A stretch of 64,000 nt of DNA. It comes from Rhynchopus sp. YZ270_cl-10 (taxonomy: Eukaryota). The notes below the pieces were generated by a model, which searched no databases, was not told the DNA's origin, and saw nothing but the letters and a program-made list of their open reading frames with translations. The DNA is taken from positions 1,984,001 to 2,048,000 of the forward strand of contig OZ037837.1 of the NCBI GenBank assembly GCA_964035575.1, written 5' to 3'. This document shows positions 22,860-34,458 of the stretch, piece after piece (position 1 is the stretch's first letter; every line of letters begins with the position of its first letter). Made by a program: the position numbers and the translations under genes.

Positions 22860-23987
22860 ATGATGGATGTGACCTTTGTGCTGGAAGAGTCAGGCGCAAC
22901 TACGACAGTGGCGGTGCCGTGCGAAACGACTGCAGCAGCGGCAAAGGAGGCTGCGTGCATGCCGCTTGCTGTCTTGCCTGCGTCTGTCGAGATGCGCATC
23001 GGCACTGAGGTGGTGGAGGGGACGTGCCGTCTGCAGGACACTGCGTTTGGTGAAGGAATGCAGGTCGTGCTTGCCTGCCGCTTTGCTAAGATGAAGTGCC
23101 CTGCTGAGTACAGTGCAGAGGGAGACTGGAATACCTTGTCGCTGTCGCGTTGTGGAACACTCTGCGTCTTCACGTACTATGACGATGGGCGAACGAGAGT
23201 TAAAGGGTTTTGCACCGAAACCTTCAACACGGCCTTCGCATTCACGCCAAACGACGCCAAAACACACTGCCCGCCTGCCATCTCGCAGTGCAAGACACGC
23301 TGCTACCTGCCGTGCACGGATGGCTTGCTCGAGGTTGCGCTTCCAGGAGGGGAGGTGCTCCGCAAAGTCGACGGCGAATCGAAGTCGGTGTTCGCGTGTG
23401 GCAGTGTTGTTGTCTCGCAGGGCAAAGACGACGTCTCTGTGTATGACGAAGACCTGACGTTGCTCCGCTCTCTCACGCATCAGGGGTGCTGCAGCGTGGC
23501 GGTGTCGCAGTGCGGTGGGTGGGCGCTCACATCCTCCTCGGACGTTCGTCTGTGGGACGTCAACACAGGTATTGCTGTGGCATGTGTGCCGGCGGTGAGC
23601 AGAGTGGACTGGTTCACAGTGGCGCTGTCACGTACTGCCTCCGTCTTTGCTGTGGAGTGTGAGTACTACCTGAAACTCTTTGACTGGGGTGGCACACTTC
23701 TTAGTTCCGAAATGTTCATCGAAAAACCCGACACACAGGAGGGCGGGAATTGGATCGTCTTGGGCATGCAGTTCACGCCATGTGGGAAATACCTCCTCGT
23801 CAACTTCAGGCAAGATGAACGGGACTGCGTAGACTTCCTACACCAGTACGACGTGGCAACAGGATCCAAGGTACGTCATTTAGGGTACGCCAGATCGTTT
23901 GCAATATCGCCATGTGGTCGTGTCGTGGTGTTGGAAGAGTACGAAGACGATGTGATTGTGACAAAGTACCTGTACCCCTATGAGTGA
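22860..23987 (+). CDS. Ubl + WD40 protein, copy 5 (A/B mosaic)
   Basis: 375 aa from the ATG at 22860. Confidence 0.8.
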   Translation: MMDVTFVLEESGATTTVAVPCETTAAAAKEAACMPLAVLPASVEMRIGTEVVEGTCRLQDTAFGEGMQVVLACRFAKMKCPAEYSAEGDWNTLSLSRCGTLCVFTYYDDGRTRVKGFCTETFNTAFAFTPNDAKTHCPPAISQCKTRCYLPCTDGLLEVALPGGEVLRKVDGESKSVFACGSVVVSQGKDDVSVYDEDLTLLRSLTHQGCCSVAVSQCGGWALTSSSDVRLWDVNTGIAVACVPAVSRVDWFTVALSRTASVFAVECEYYLKLFDWGGTLLSSEMFIEKPDTQEGGNWIVLGMQFTPCGKYLLVNFRQDERDCVDFLHQYDVATGSKVRHLGYARSFAISPCGRVVVLEEYEDDVIVTKYLYPYE

Positions 23988-24477
23988 TGTTTTTGTGGGG
24001 AGCTGTTGTGACGAAGATAAAATGGGTTGGGGGGGGAGCTGATGTATACCATGACATCATGGGTCATTCGGAGGTGCCTGTATCAAAAACTATTCTTCTT
24101 TTTTATGTTCAGTTACGTTTCTCTTTCACCAAATACCCGAAACAAAGGGGACCAAAATGACTGCATTATTCTTGTGCATTTTATTCTGCACACTACTTTG
24201 CGAGCGGAAAGTGTGCCATGAGTCACTAACCCAACCGTGCTCCGCAACCTCCACCCCTACAGTCGTGATATAGTGTGTGTGTAAGCGCCACCGCATCAAA
24301 CTACCACATGAATGGAGCGACCCCTGACGAGAACAGATGGGTGCATCCTCAAGCAGAGATGCAGGCCAGTATGCTTCGAAAAGACGTTCCTGGACAGTGA
24401 GGAACAACACTTTCTACACCTTCACCTATCCACCCACCCACCAGACTGAAGTGCATCCCCCACCCAAACCCCACACG

Positions 24478-27400
24478 ATGCACAACAAAGCCCTCGACGT
24501 TGGCAAGGTGTATGCAGCCGAGGGCAGCGCCTCCTTCACGTGTTGTGCGGCTGGCTCCTCTGCAGAGGGCACCTTTGTACTTGCCGGGTGCGACGATGGG
24601 AGTGTTGTGCTGCTTGAGATGAGCCCGCCACCTGCAGACCCACGGGCCTGCTACGACCTTGCACCAGGCTGGGAGAAGCACGCTCATGAGGCACGCAAGC
24701 TGGGACGTCTCATCCCGAAGACGAGTGTGCAGCTTGGGCGCAAGGCGGTCGCGCATCTTGTGTTGGACGTTGAGCTCATGCGTGTGTTTGTTGTGTGTGA
24801 TGGGGTTGTCACGATGTGTGCTGTGGAGCTATCACGGCGGCAGCTTCGCCCTGTGGGTACCGCGCTTGAGGAGAAGAAAGCACCCCTGAAGGGTGTTGCC
24901 AGTGTGTGCTGTGGTGTCGTTGCCGGCAAGCACGTTCTCTTCGCTGCGGTGAAGCGGCGTGTCTGCCTATTCCGCTACACAGCGGAGACGCTGTCGCCGC
25001 TGGACGAGGTTGAGATCTGCAACAGCGCGCCGCATATTTCTCTTGACTCTCAGGCGCAGGTTGTGTCGATGGCGCTTAAGGAAACAACATTGTGTGTCTG
25101 CACAAAGGACGAATACAAACTGGTGAACCTAACGCAAGGCAGCGCAACTGTGTTGGAGAGGAAGGGACGTGGCGTGCCTCTGGCGGAGGCGTGTGTAAGC
25201 CATGCGGAGCACCTTTCGCTTCTGTTTCTGCAGTTTGGGAAGAAGACCGGCGCCGTCATCGGCAGCACCACACACCGCAGTGGCGACGACGCTGCCACGG
25301 TCGTGACGTGGTCGGACCCTCCACTGCGCATCTTCTACCTGCAGCCCTTCTTCCTGCTTGCGCTCTTCGCAGACAAGGTAGGCCTCTACAGCCTGCACGA
25401 CGGCACCGACGCTGACGGTGCCCCCATCCCTCGTCCAGCACCCACGTACTACGCAGACCAGACCACGCAGGCGCTTGCGAAGATGGTTGCACCGAGCACC
25501 GGTGCAGGGACCGGGCGTTGTGTCTTCCTCTGTTCGGGTAGTGGTATCTTCATGCTCGTGCCTGCACCGTTTCTGATGCAGGCGACGGCGCTAGCGAAGG
25601 AGGGTGCGCGCGAGAGTGTGGCGGGTGCCTTTGCGCTTCTCAGGGCAACGCTGGACGACGTGGACTTTGCGCCAGCGGGGCAGCAGGTGACGTGCCATCT
25701 GTACAAGGAGGCAGGCTTTGCGAACCTCGATGCAGGGCGCTACCACGAGGCGTTCGAGTACTTCACGGCCTGCCACCAGGCCAACCCAGACTACCTAGAT
25801 GTGAGGGAGATACTTACTTTGTTTGGTCTCCACGGCGGGCTGAGGAAGTATGTTAACGGGACCTCGGAAATGGTTTTGTAATCAATGCTAAGTTACGTCC
25901 CCCATTCCCACACCACCACCTCCTCCTCTCAGGTACATGTCCGGCGATGGGATCATTTCTCAGAGGCGTAATGTGCGCGATGTAACAGGAGCGCTGCTGC
26001 AGGCCGAGCGCAAGGAGAAGATGGACGAGGCAAAGCTGTGCCTGTACCGCTACCTTGAGGGTGTGCGCGTTCTGTACCTCGACCCCGAGCAGCCTGTCGC
26101 CACAGTGCACAGGGCCATCGACACAGCGATGCTGCTGCTGTACTTGGAGCTCTTCAACGAGAACACACCTGAGGCAGATGCGGCGCTGTTCGGGATTATG
26201 AAGGACGGGAACGTGCTTGAGTACGAGACGTGCGCAGACGAGCTGGAGAAGCGTGGCAAGCTGCGCTGCCTAGCGCTGCTCAAGGTGCACAACGGGCTTG
26301 TCGCAGACGCGCTTCAGATGCTCTACGAGATAGGCGGCCAGCAGCAGTCCCTTGGTGCGTCCATCTCCTCCGCGGGCGGCGGTGCCAGCAACGCTGGCGT
26401 CGCCGAAACGGTGCTTGCGCTCCAGCACTGCCACGGCGAAGAGAGCGGGCTTGTCCTCGAGTACCTGCCGTGGGTGCTCGCAAAGGACCCACGCGCCGTC
26501 AGCGCGCTCCTCGTCCCACGCACACCGCCCCTCGACCCCGAGAAGGTGCTGGCCCTGCTTGCTCCCTACCCAGACGACGTGATCATGCAGTACCTGCAGT
26601 TCCTCATCGACGACCAGCAAAACACTGAGGCTAAGTACCACACACGTCTCGCGCTCATCTACGTCGAGTTCGTGCAGAAGCTCATGAAGACGTGCCCCGC
26701 CATCGCTGGCGTCAAGGCAGGCCGCGAAGCAGGTCTTCTGGGCACACTCAGACGCAAGCTGCTTCGTCTGCTCACGAAGGTGCCTTCGTACTCTTCGGTG
26801 AAGCCGTACTACGACCCGATCCGTGTCATCTCTCACGTACATGGGAGTCAGATGCTCGACGAGCTGGTTACACTGTACTCCTACACAGATGAACACGAGG
26901 CAGCTCTTCGTGTACTACTGTACGAGCAGAAGGACATCGACAGCGCAGTGGCGTACTGCCGCGACCAGTACAAGAAGGCACTGCGGAGGCACCTGATTGC
27001 GGTGTTTGGGTCGCGTGTGGAGGACACGGAGAAGTACAAGCAGAGCAGTCTCTTCACTTCGCACATTTGGAAGGCGCCTGCACACCACAGCCCAGCAGAC
27101 GTGGGTGAGGAGGAGGAAGGCGACGAGCAGCGCATACGTCTCGATGACGCTTGCGCACGACCCGATGAGTTCTTTGCGATGTACACCAAGAAGCTGCCTG
27201 TGGTATGCACCCACCCCCAACGCTTTTCAGGCTCAGCTTTGTTCTTTCGGAGACATTGTATTTGATTCATAGGACCTCTTTTAAAGAGGTCAGGAAGCGT
27301 TCCGATGTTTCAACCTCTCCCCCATTTTTCCATTCGCGATTTTTTCCCCTCCGTTTTTGGAATCAACAGAGAGTGTACTTTAAAATCTGGCCAAATAAAT

Positions 27401-27998
27401 TCTGTACACCACCCCCTTTGCCCCTTCCTTCAACCATCCTCACCAGGGCGACAAACACGGCAACGTCTTCACCGGCATACGTCGCCACAACGCGTACCTC
27501 TTCGACCTGCTGCGGTTGTGCCTCTACCCTGGTGCTGGCGAGGTGTCTGAGCGCAAGACCAACGTCGCGCACGCCCTTCAGGTCTTGGGAGAGGCTGGAC
27601 GCGACCTAGACCCGCTGCTTGTGTTCAAGCTGCTGCCGGAAGACTTTGACGTAGTGCAGGTGCATGCCTATCTGCTGGGGTCGTTCCGGCGTACGACGTC
27701 GACACTGAAGGAGATCAAAATCCACAAACAGCTTGCGACTGGGAACCTGCACGAACACGAGCTCAACAGAGCTACACTCCTGTCACGCAGTGTCCTCGTT
27801 GAGTACGAGCGTCTCTGTGACGTCTGCGGCAAGCGTCTCGGCAACGGTCACCTGAAAGCACTGCCTGACCTCCAGGTCGCACACTACCAGTGTCTCAAAG
27901 GCAAGGGCCACCTCAGCCCGAAGACAAACACACCCTTTTGGGCAGACATGCACAAAATCCACAACAGAAAAGAGGAAAAGGAGCAGAGCAAACAGTAG
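24478..27998 (+). CDS. VPS39: Vps39/Vam6/TGFBRAP1-family HOPS/CORVET subunit; exons 24478-25847, 25933-27202, 27447-27998
   Basis: CNH-like N-terminus, CHCR-like helical region (YLQFLI...KYHTRLALIY) and C-terminal zinc finger CDVCGKRLG...VAHYQC. Two GT-AG introns join the three ORFs in frame. Vps39 versus Vps3/TGFBRAP1 is not resolved. Confidence 0.8.
25848..25932 (+). other. Spliceosomal intron, 85 nt
   Basis: GTATGT...CTCTCAG; splicing restores AA|G TAC ATG in frame. Confidence 0.85.
27203..27446 (+). other. Spliceosomal intron, 244 nt
   Basis: GTATGC...CACCAG, phase 0; joins to the frame of the 27516 ORF. Confidence 0.8.
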
Positions 27999-28257
27999 AG
28001 AAAACAATCTCGGGGCGTGCCTGCTGTAAGAACCCTAGCTTTTTTAGGCACGAATTATCCGACACCCCCCTTCCCTTTCTCTTTAGCTTCAGTACGATTG
28101 GCTGGGTGCACATATTCTGCTCGTGTTCCCCAAACAACGACAGTACTTCCATGCATACATACATTCCCTTCATGTCGTGAGAGTCATCCAAGTGTCCTGT
28201 TCTAGGTCACTTCCATAAAGCCCCACTACCCAACTATACCCCTTCAGGTGTTACACT

Positions 28258-30876
28258 ATGGCCTTATGTGGGATCCAGTCTCTGACAGTGCTCCTCTGTC
28301 TGGTCCTGATTCTGTCGACGGGTGCAATCATCGGTGGCTTCACGTTGACAACATGGGATGACCTTGTGGAGAAGGCACGCGAAGCAGGTAATGAAGGCTT
28401 CGGCAAGTGTCTCGTCGGTGGTGTGACGGACATCGAAATTGTCTCGTCGCGCTACCTTCGCTCCGTTCTTGGCAACGTGGACACGGCGGTGAAGGAGTAC
28501 CTGAAGGTGCCTGAGCAGTTGATCGTGTCACTAGCGACGCTGGCACAGGCGCACCACCCAAACGCCAGCACGAGTCCTGCCTTTGGTGAAGCCATTATGA
28601 ACCCTGCCCTCTTATCGGCTTACAAAGCTGCGAATCCTTTGGATATGTACTTCATTGGTCACGAGGCGTACGCTTGGTGTCAGGCACACCCGGTGCCGTG
28701 GCAAGAGGGGAATGGCGTCTTTTCTGGGTGGGGGTCCTACGTGGCGTACAACTTCGTCACCAGCGCGAGTGGCGTGGTGCCCCCAGACTACGACCCTGTG
28801 CCGCTGGTATTTCAATCAGTTCATCCGTCGACGCTAGAACCGGGTATGTCCGACTTCTCCGTTTCGTCAGAAAGCGACAGTCTCGGCAGGATCAAGGAGT
28901 CGGAGCTTACTCGGCCATGCAACACACTGCCCCGGTACGCTCTGGGTGAGTCGCGTGGAATTTGCATATCAAAACGTTCGCGCATTGAGCCGCCAGCAAT
29001 GACCGCAACACGCGGGCGACAGCTGCACTACCTGCACGACGGTGACCCGCCTCTCAACCCCGCAGACGAGCTTGTGTACCGCCCGATGCAGGCGTTCTGG
29101 GATTACACAGCGTGGGACCTGAGCTACACCTACACCCACCCAGAGATGTACATGATGTACCCCAAGCAGGGGAAACGTGTCGGGGCTGTCAGTTCTGTGG
29201 TGACGGCAAACGGGCTGCTTGCTGTGGTGCGCAACCAGATGCTGCCCGAGGACTCGTCGCTCTACTTGGTCGAGGAAAGCAGCGATGCAGTTGGGTTGGT
29301 CGTGGCGTACAACAAGGGACGTCACATCACTAAGAGGCATGTATACTTCCCAGCACCTATGGACAGAGTTGTCGGTCTTGCTGTTACCATCAACATAACG
29401 AACCACTCGATGGAAGACGCGACGTTGCACATCCCCTCAGTGATTGCAGAGCATGGGCGGTTTGTGTTCACACACCCGCGGAACTACAGAGACCTTGTGG
29501 AGAAGACAGAGGACTCCTTCCTGAAGTGGTCTGACTCGAACGGCACGGAGTACTGGACAATGACGTCAGCAATGAATCACAAAACGCTCCTGTGGTACGC
29601 CAACCTTCTGGTGCCGAGGGAGTCTGTCATGAACTCGCTTGATACGTTCGCGATGACTGCAATCCGTGCGAAAGTGGCAGAAGCTCTGGCCACTGCAGAC
29701 GCACAGAAGGAGGATGCGGTGATTGTGATGGTGATTCTCGTTTCCGTTGCAGTCATAGGACTTCTTGCCATTGCTGTTGTGTTCACACGCTATATCACGT
29801 CCCCTCTGCTGGAGCTTGGGAGTGAGATGGCTAGTGTGGCTGTGATGGACCTGGAGGCTGTGGACACGAAACGGGCAGTGTCGCAGCTGAGTGAAGTGCG
29901 GATTATGCAGCGCAGCTTTGTTACCATGGTGGCGAACCTGGTGGAGTACCGGAACTACATGCCGCAGAGTGTGTTTGTCAACGACAGTGATGAGTACGCC
30001 TCGTTCGTCACAGAGTCGACACACAGGTCGTCCACAACGACATCCTCTGGCCATTCACCCTCGAGGGCGGGCAGCTCGGGGGAATTTCCGCACCATAAAG
30101 ACCTGCGTGTAGAAGGACTGAAGATGAAGAATGTCTCGCTGGTACACATGAACGTCGTGTCGTGGCATGCCTTCTGCGAGAACCTCAAGGACGCTGACAT
30201 CCTCGCTGCGCACGCTCGTGTGATCGAGACCATCATGATGGCAGTGTTGCTGCACAAAGGCGTCTGCGACACGTTCGCTGGCGACAAGATGCTCGCCGCC
30301 TTCAATGCCTTTGTTCCCAACTCGTCTCACCGTATCTCTTGTGTGAAGGCTGCACACAAAGCAGAAACAGCACTTAGCGATGTACAGAAGATTTCGTACG
30401 GGTGCACCACAGGAGAGGCACGTGTCGGGAACATGGGCTGCACAGGGATGAAGAAGGTGTCGATTGTTTCGGAGTGCATGTCGTGGGTGGTTGTGCTTGA
30501 GCGTTGGAACAGAATGAACGAGCTGTCTGGTGTCCTTGACCAGGGTATGTCGTATGGACTGGAGGTGCAGGTTGTGATGCGTTGTGAAGGTGCTGTGCTG
30601 TACGACAAGGTGTCTGAGAATGCACAGGTTGTGTACGCAGTGAAAGGGCTGCTCACCATGAAAAACGAGGAGTGGATGTACCAGCTGGAAGCCATAGCAC
30701 AGAGCAATCCTCATTCACTGTGGAACGCGGCCTTTGAACACATCATCCGACAGGAGTTCGATCAAGCGTCTGCTCTGCTTGACACTGTAGGGCAGGAGCT
30801 ACGTGGAGAATACGCACCGCTATTGAGATACGTTCAGGAGCAGGCTTACGCACCTTTCGTTGTATCAATGTACTGA
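28258..30876 (+). CDS. Receptor-type cyclase-like protein: TM, Cache-like ectodomain, TM, HAMP-like linker, degenerate cyclase
   Basis: 872 aa with two hydrophobic helices. ITSPLLELGSEM..SEVRIMQRSF; FAGDKML; GEARVGNMG; EEWMY. Confidence 0.8.
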   Translation: MALCGIQSLTVLLCLVLILSTGAIIGGFTLTTWDDLVEKAREAGNEGFGKCLVGGVTDIEIVSSRYLRSVLGNVDTAVKEYLKVPEQLIVSLATLAQAHHPNASTSPAFGEAIMNPALLSAYKAANPLDMYFIGHEAYAWCQAHPVPWQEGNGVFSGWGSYVAYNFVTSASGVVPPDYDPVPLVFQSVHPSTLEPGMSDFSVSSESDSLGRIKESELTRPCNTLPRYALGESRGICISKRSRIEPPAMTATRGRQLHYLHDGDPPLNPADELVYRPMQAFWDYTAWDLSYTYTHPEMYMMYPKQGKRVGAVSSVVTANGLLAVVRNQMLPEDSSLYLVEESSDAVGLVVAYNKGRHITKRHVYFPAPMDRVVGLAVTINITNHSMEDATLHIPSVIAEHGRFVFTHPRNYRDLVEKTEDSFLKWSDSNGTEYWTMTSAMNHKTLLWYANLLVPRESVMNSLDTFAMTAIRAKVAEALATADAQKEDAVIVMVILVSVAVIGLLAIAVVFTRYITSPLLELGSEMASVAVMDLEAVDTKRAVSQLSEVRIMQRSFVTMVANLVEYRNYMPQSVFVNDSDEYASFVTESTHRSSTTTSSGHSPSRAGSSGEFPHHKDLRVEGLKMKNVSLVHMNVVSWHAFCENLKDADILAAHARVIETIMMAVLLHKGVCDTFAGDKMLAAFNAFVPNSSHRISCVKAAHKAETALSDVQKISYGCTTGEARVGNMGCTGMKKVSIVSECMSWVVVLERWNRMNELSGVLDQGMSYGLEVQVVMRCEGAVLYDKVSENAQVVYAVKGLLTMKNEEWMYQLEAIAQSNPHSLWNAAFEHIIRQEFDQASALLDTVGQELRGEYAPLLRYVQEQAYAPFVVSMY

Positions 30877-31430
30877 AGAGTACACAAAAAAATCTGCTGT
30901 AACGTGAGTCACGTTACACGGTCAGGATTCTGTTTTTTTTTTGTTTTTGTTTTTGTTTTTCCAACATCATTTCCATGACAGTTGCACCCAACTATACCCC
31001 CCGTCTCGCACATCTGTTGCATGTTTCAAACAGCTTCATGACATATACTGCCTCTGTTACAAGCTTTTTACACTGTGTTTACACCATGAGAGTTAACTGA
31101 TTATGTTTCTCTTCGTTGCTCATTCTGTGTTTTGCGGGCAACAAGCCCCTTCCTCTCACTTCCTCTCACTTCCTCTTTTTCTACACCTGCAGCTCTGCCT
31201 CCACATCGCAGCGAACCTTTCGCCTTTTCATTCTTTACTTAATACGTCATTTTTTGCAAAATACTCGAGACCCTCAGTAGCGTATCCCCTCCCCTTGTTT
31301 TCCCCTCTTTCCGAAACATTCTGCTACTGTCAAACAAACACAATGCCTTTAATTTGTGTATTTACGGTCATCAAGTCAACAAAACGTTATGAACTTTTTA
31401 CAGATTACCAAATAAGAAACCAGATCAAAC

Positions 31431-32309
31431 ATGGGTGACGAGCAGCAGCCACTTGCGCAGTCCGGAGTCAACTCCATGCAGGGGAAGGTCGTGCTTGTGA
31501 CCGGTGCGAACACGGGCATCGGGCGCGAGACGTCGCTTGCACTGGCGCAGGACGGTGCACACGTGGTGATGGCGTGCCGTAGCGAGGCTCGCGCGAAGGA
31601 GGCTATGGACTACATCAAGGAGCAAGTCGCGGAAGCTGAGCTGACGTTCCTGCGTCTGGACCTCGCGTCGCTTGCGTCTGTGCGTCGTGCGGCAGAGGCC
31701 TTCGTTGCTTTGAAGCTCCCGCTCCACGTGCTTGTGAACAACGCCGGCCTGGCAGGAAAGGGCCTCACAGAAGATGGCTTCGAGATTGCCTTCGGCGTGA
31801 ACCACGTTGGCCACTTCCTTCTTGTGAAGCTGCTGATGCCGCTGCTGGAGCAGACCACTGCACCGCGTGTGGTCCTCGTCGCCAGCATGGCTCACTACAG
31901 TGTGAAGAAGCTTGTATGGGAGGACATGCGCAAGACGACCGTTACGACGACAGGCCTGCGTGAGTACGAGGTGAGCAAGCTGTGCAACGTGCTGCACGGG
32001 AAGGCGCTTGCAAAGCGCTACCCTGGTGTGCTCGTGAGCTCGCTGCACCCGGGTGTGGTCGCGAGCGACGTCTGGCGCAACGTGCCGTGCTGCCTGCGTC
32101 AGTGCATCAAGCTCTTCATGATCAGCAACACCGACGGTGCGAAGACGTCCCTGCACTGCATCAGAAACGAACTCACCGCCAGCGGGCTCTACTACGACAA
32201 GCAGAAGCCAAAGACGCCGTCAAAGTTCGCCCTCTCTGAGGACCTTGCAAACGAGCTCTGGGACAAGAGCGAGGAGTGGGTCAAGGACTTCGCCGAGGCC
32301 ATTGTCTGA
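31431..32309 (+). CDS. Short-chain dehydrogenase/reductase, retinol dehydrogenase/WWOX-like
   Basis: TGANTGIG, VNNAG, VNHVGHF, YEVSK catalytic motif, LHPGVV. Confidence 0.92.
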   Translation: MGDEQQPLAQSGVNSMQGKVVLVTGANTGIGRETSLALAQDGAHVVMACRSEARAKEAMDYIKEQVAEAELTFLRLDLASLASVRRAAEAFVALKLPLHVLVNNAGLAGKGLTEDGFEIAFGVNHVGHFLLVKLLMPLLEQTTAPRVVLVASMAHYSVKKLVWEDMRKTTVTTTGLREYEVSKLCNVLHGKALAKRYPGVLVSSLHPGVVASDVWRNVPCCLRQCIKLFMISNTDGAKTSLHCIRNELTASGLYYDKQKPKTPSKFALSEDLANELWDKSEEWVKDFAEAIV

Positions 32310-32779
32310 ATCGACGTATTGCTGGAGTGACGCAGTTTCTTGCTAGCGAATCCCAATGTTCCCCTTACAGCGTGTCTTTCAACCCTTAACATGTGTATGC
32401 GCTATGTGCGCTTTTCCCAAACAACGTTTACATGGTCACCATGAAAAGACTACATGATGCATTTGCCATTGTAACTTATTTTTCATGTACCGTTCATTTT
32501 GCAACGTCACCCATCCCTGTGTGTGATCTGGGGTGGGAAGCTTTTCAACATTTCACCCTCTCCCCCACCTTCCTTTCCTGTTTCTCTATTCCTCCTCATC
32601 AACAGAGTGCAGTGCATATTAAGGGTTTTTATGCACCACTCACAACATATTTGCAATATCACCCGACCATCTCTTCCCATCCTGTGTAGGGAACCCACTC
32701 CGTCTTTATCACAAGGTGCGTGCACGTGTGAAACTCAGTTGCAGCTTTCTTCACGTTTTTGCTGCGAAGGTGTACGAAA

Positions 32780-34108
32780 GACCTACTTTCCCCTTTTCAG
32801 TTGTCTTCTGCTGCACGTAAGACAGACTTGGCTGATGCACCTATTCATAAGCATGCACCCTCACACACCCACCACACCACACACCATGCAGGAAGCAACA
32901 CACCACCATGTTCGGCCCACGCGAGGAGGTGCAGGCCTACGCAAAGCAGCACAGCATCCTGAAGCTGGTCGACGAGCTTCATCGCTCGAAGCGGCGCTGG
33001 GGACACTGTGCAGACCCAACCACGCGACGTTCAAGGGAAGGAGTTCCGCATCACTGTCAGGGAGGTGCAGCTGCTGAAGACAACCACGATAGTCACGTCG
33101 CCGTCCCTCCCACTGCGTTTTGTGCAGTGTCTGATCGGGTCGTTCACGTCTGCGAAACGGCGTCTGCTGTTCTTCAACGTTTTCCGTGCAACGTCGCTGC
33201 TTAGATCGTGGAGGTGGAACCTGCACAGTACGGCTTCACCTCAAAGGCACATGCAAGACTGACGTTGGCGAAGTCGATGGTCGAACTGGGCACAGAAATG
33301 TGTGTCGCAACAAGGCTTCTCCTTCACCTCTGGCACGGAAGGTGAGCACAACCAGCTCTGTGAGAAGACGCACCACAGCATCGCCATCTTCTGTTACCGA
33401 GGACCCACTCAACCTTTCTTTCAAATATGTGGTTTTGTTTGAGTCAGGAGATAGTGACAGCCTTGTGTCACAGCATCTGTACACTGAGCGATGCAGTCCA
33501 CCCTGTGTGGGAAGTACCTCCTCGCTGTCGCTGAGTACTGCGGTGTGTCGCTATCGTGCGTTGCATCAGTATTTGCGTTGCACCCTCGACCTACTAGCCT
33601 GTGAGGGAATTCGTTTTGAGACATTTTAACCATGGAAAGCACGGAAAGACTTTATCTCAATCGTCTTTCGCGTTACCTTCAAACACTTTCAAAACAGTAC
33701 TGGCTGACCTCAAGTGTCTTTACCGACATGGTACTCCGCATCTTGAAGAAAGGACTGTGCGAGTGTGGCGACTACAACAACGAAGCACGGGGGTTGTATT
33801 TGAAGTGCAACATCGTTGTCCACAACAAAGATGCTAAGTTTCTTGCAGTGCGCCTCGCCCAGCTGGAGAAATCGCCTTCGATATTGTTCCCATCTGACTC
33901 GCAGGCACTGCTGCAGGGACAGTACGGCATGTACTGGGAGGAAGGCAGGTCTTGGTACTATGTTGGTGAAGACTGGGTGGCGACATCGACAGGTGTTCTG
34001 ATGAACTATATCATTTGCAAGAACGCACTTAACCTCGACTTTTCTGCATTGAACTGCACCAAGAACCAAGACACCAGACGTGTTGACGATGCAGACGAAG
34101 ACTTCTGA
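32780..34108 (+). pseudogene. Collapsed, multiply deleted copy of the 42869-50948 gene
   Basis: Colinear pieces matching ~42740-42940, ~43110-43175, ~49387-49557, ~49807-50045 and ~50472-50925. Confidence 0.85.
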
Positions 34109-34458
34109 GCTCTGCAATACATCGGCCGTTGTGGTGGAGGAACTTTTCTCTTTTTTGAACACAACATTTTTGAGGACTTTCCAGTCTGGCTTTTGTTTTA
34201 TGACAACCCACGGTGTCACATGAACGCATCTTTGTTGTCCTACATACGTTTCTCCTTTGCGTAGCATGTGGACTGGTGCATCCCACAGCTGTTCTTCATG
34301 ATGCAAAGTACAGGGCATTCCGCTTCCACGGAATGCCCTGTAGTGCTATGAGACAATAGTACGCGAAGCACCACTACTTTATACGTTGCAACTGTGCCTT
34401 CTAAAACACTATTCCACAACAGGAACCCTACACGTGACGGGAGCGGCTGTGTGGTGCG

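Noticed and set aside
12392..23987. Diversity-generating retroelement as the cause of WD40 variation
   Set aside because: There is no reverse transcriptase or template repeat in the window, and the changes are not evidently adenine-specific.
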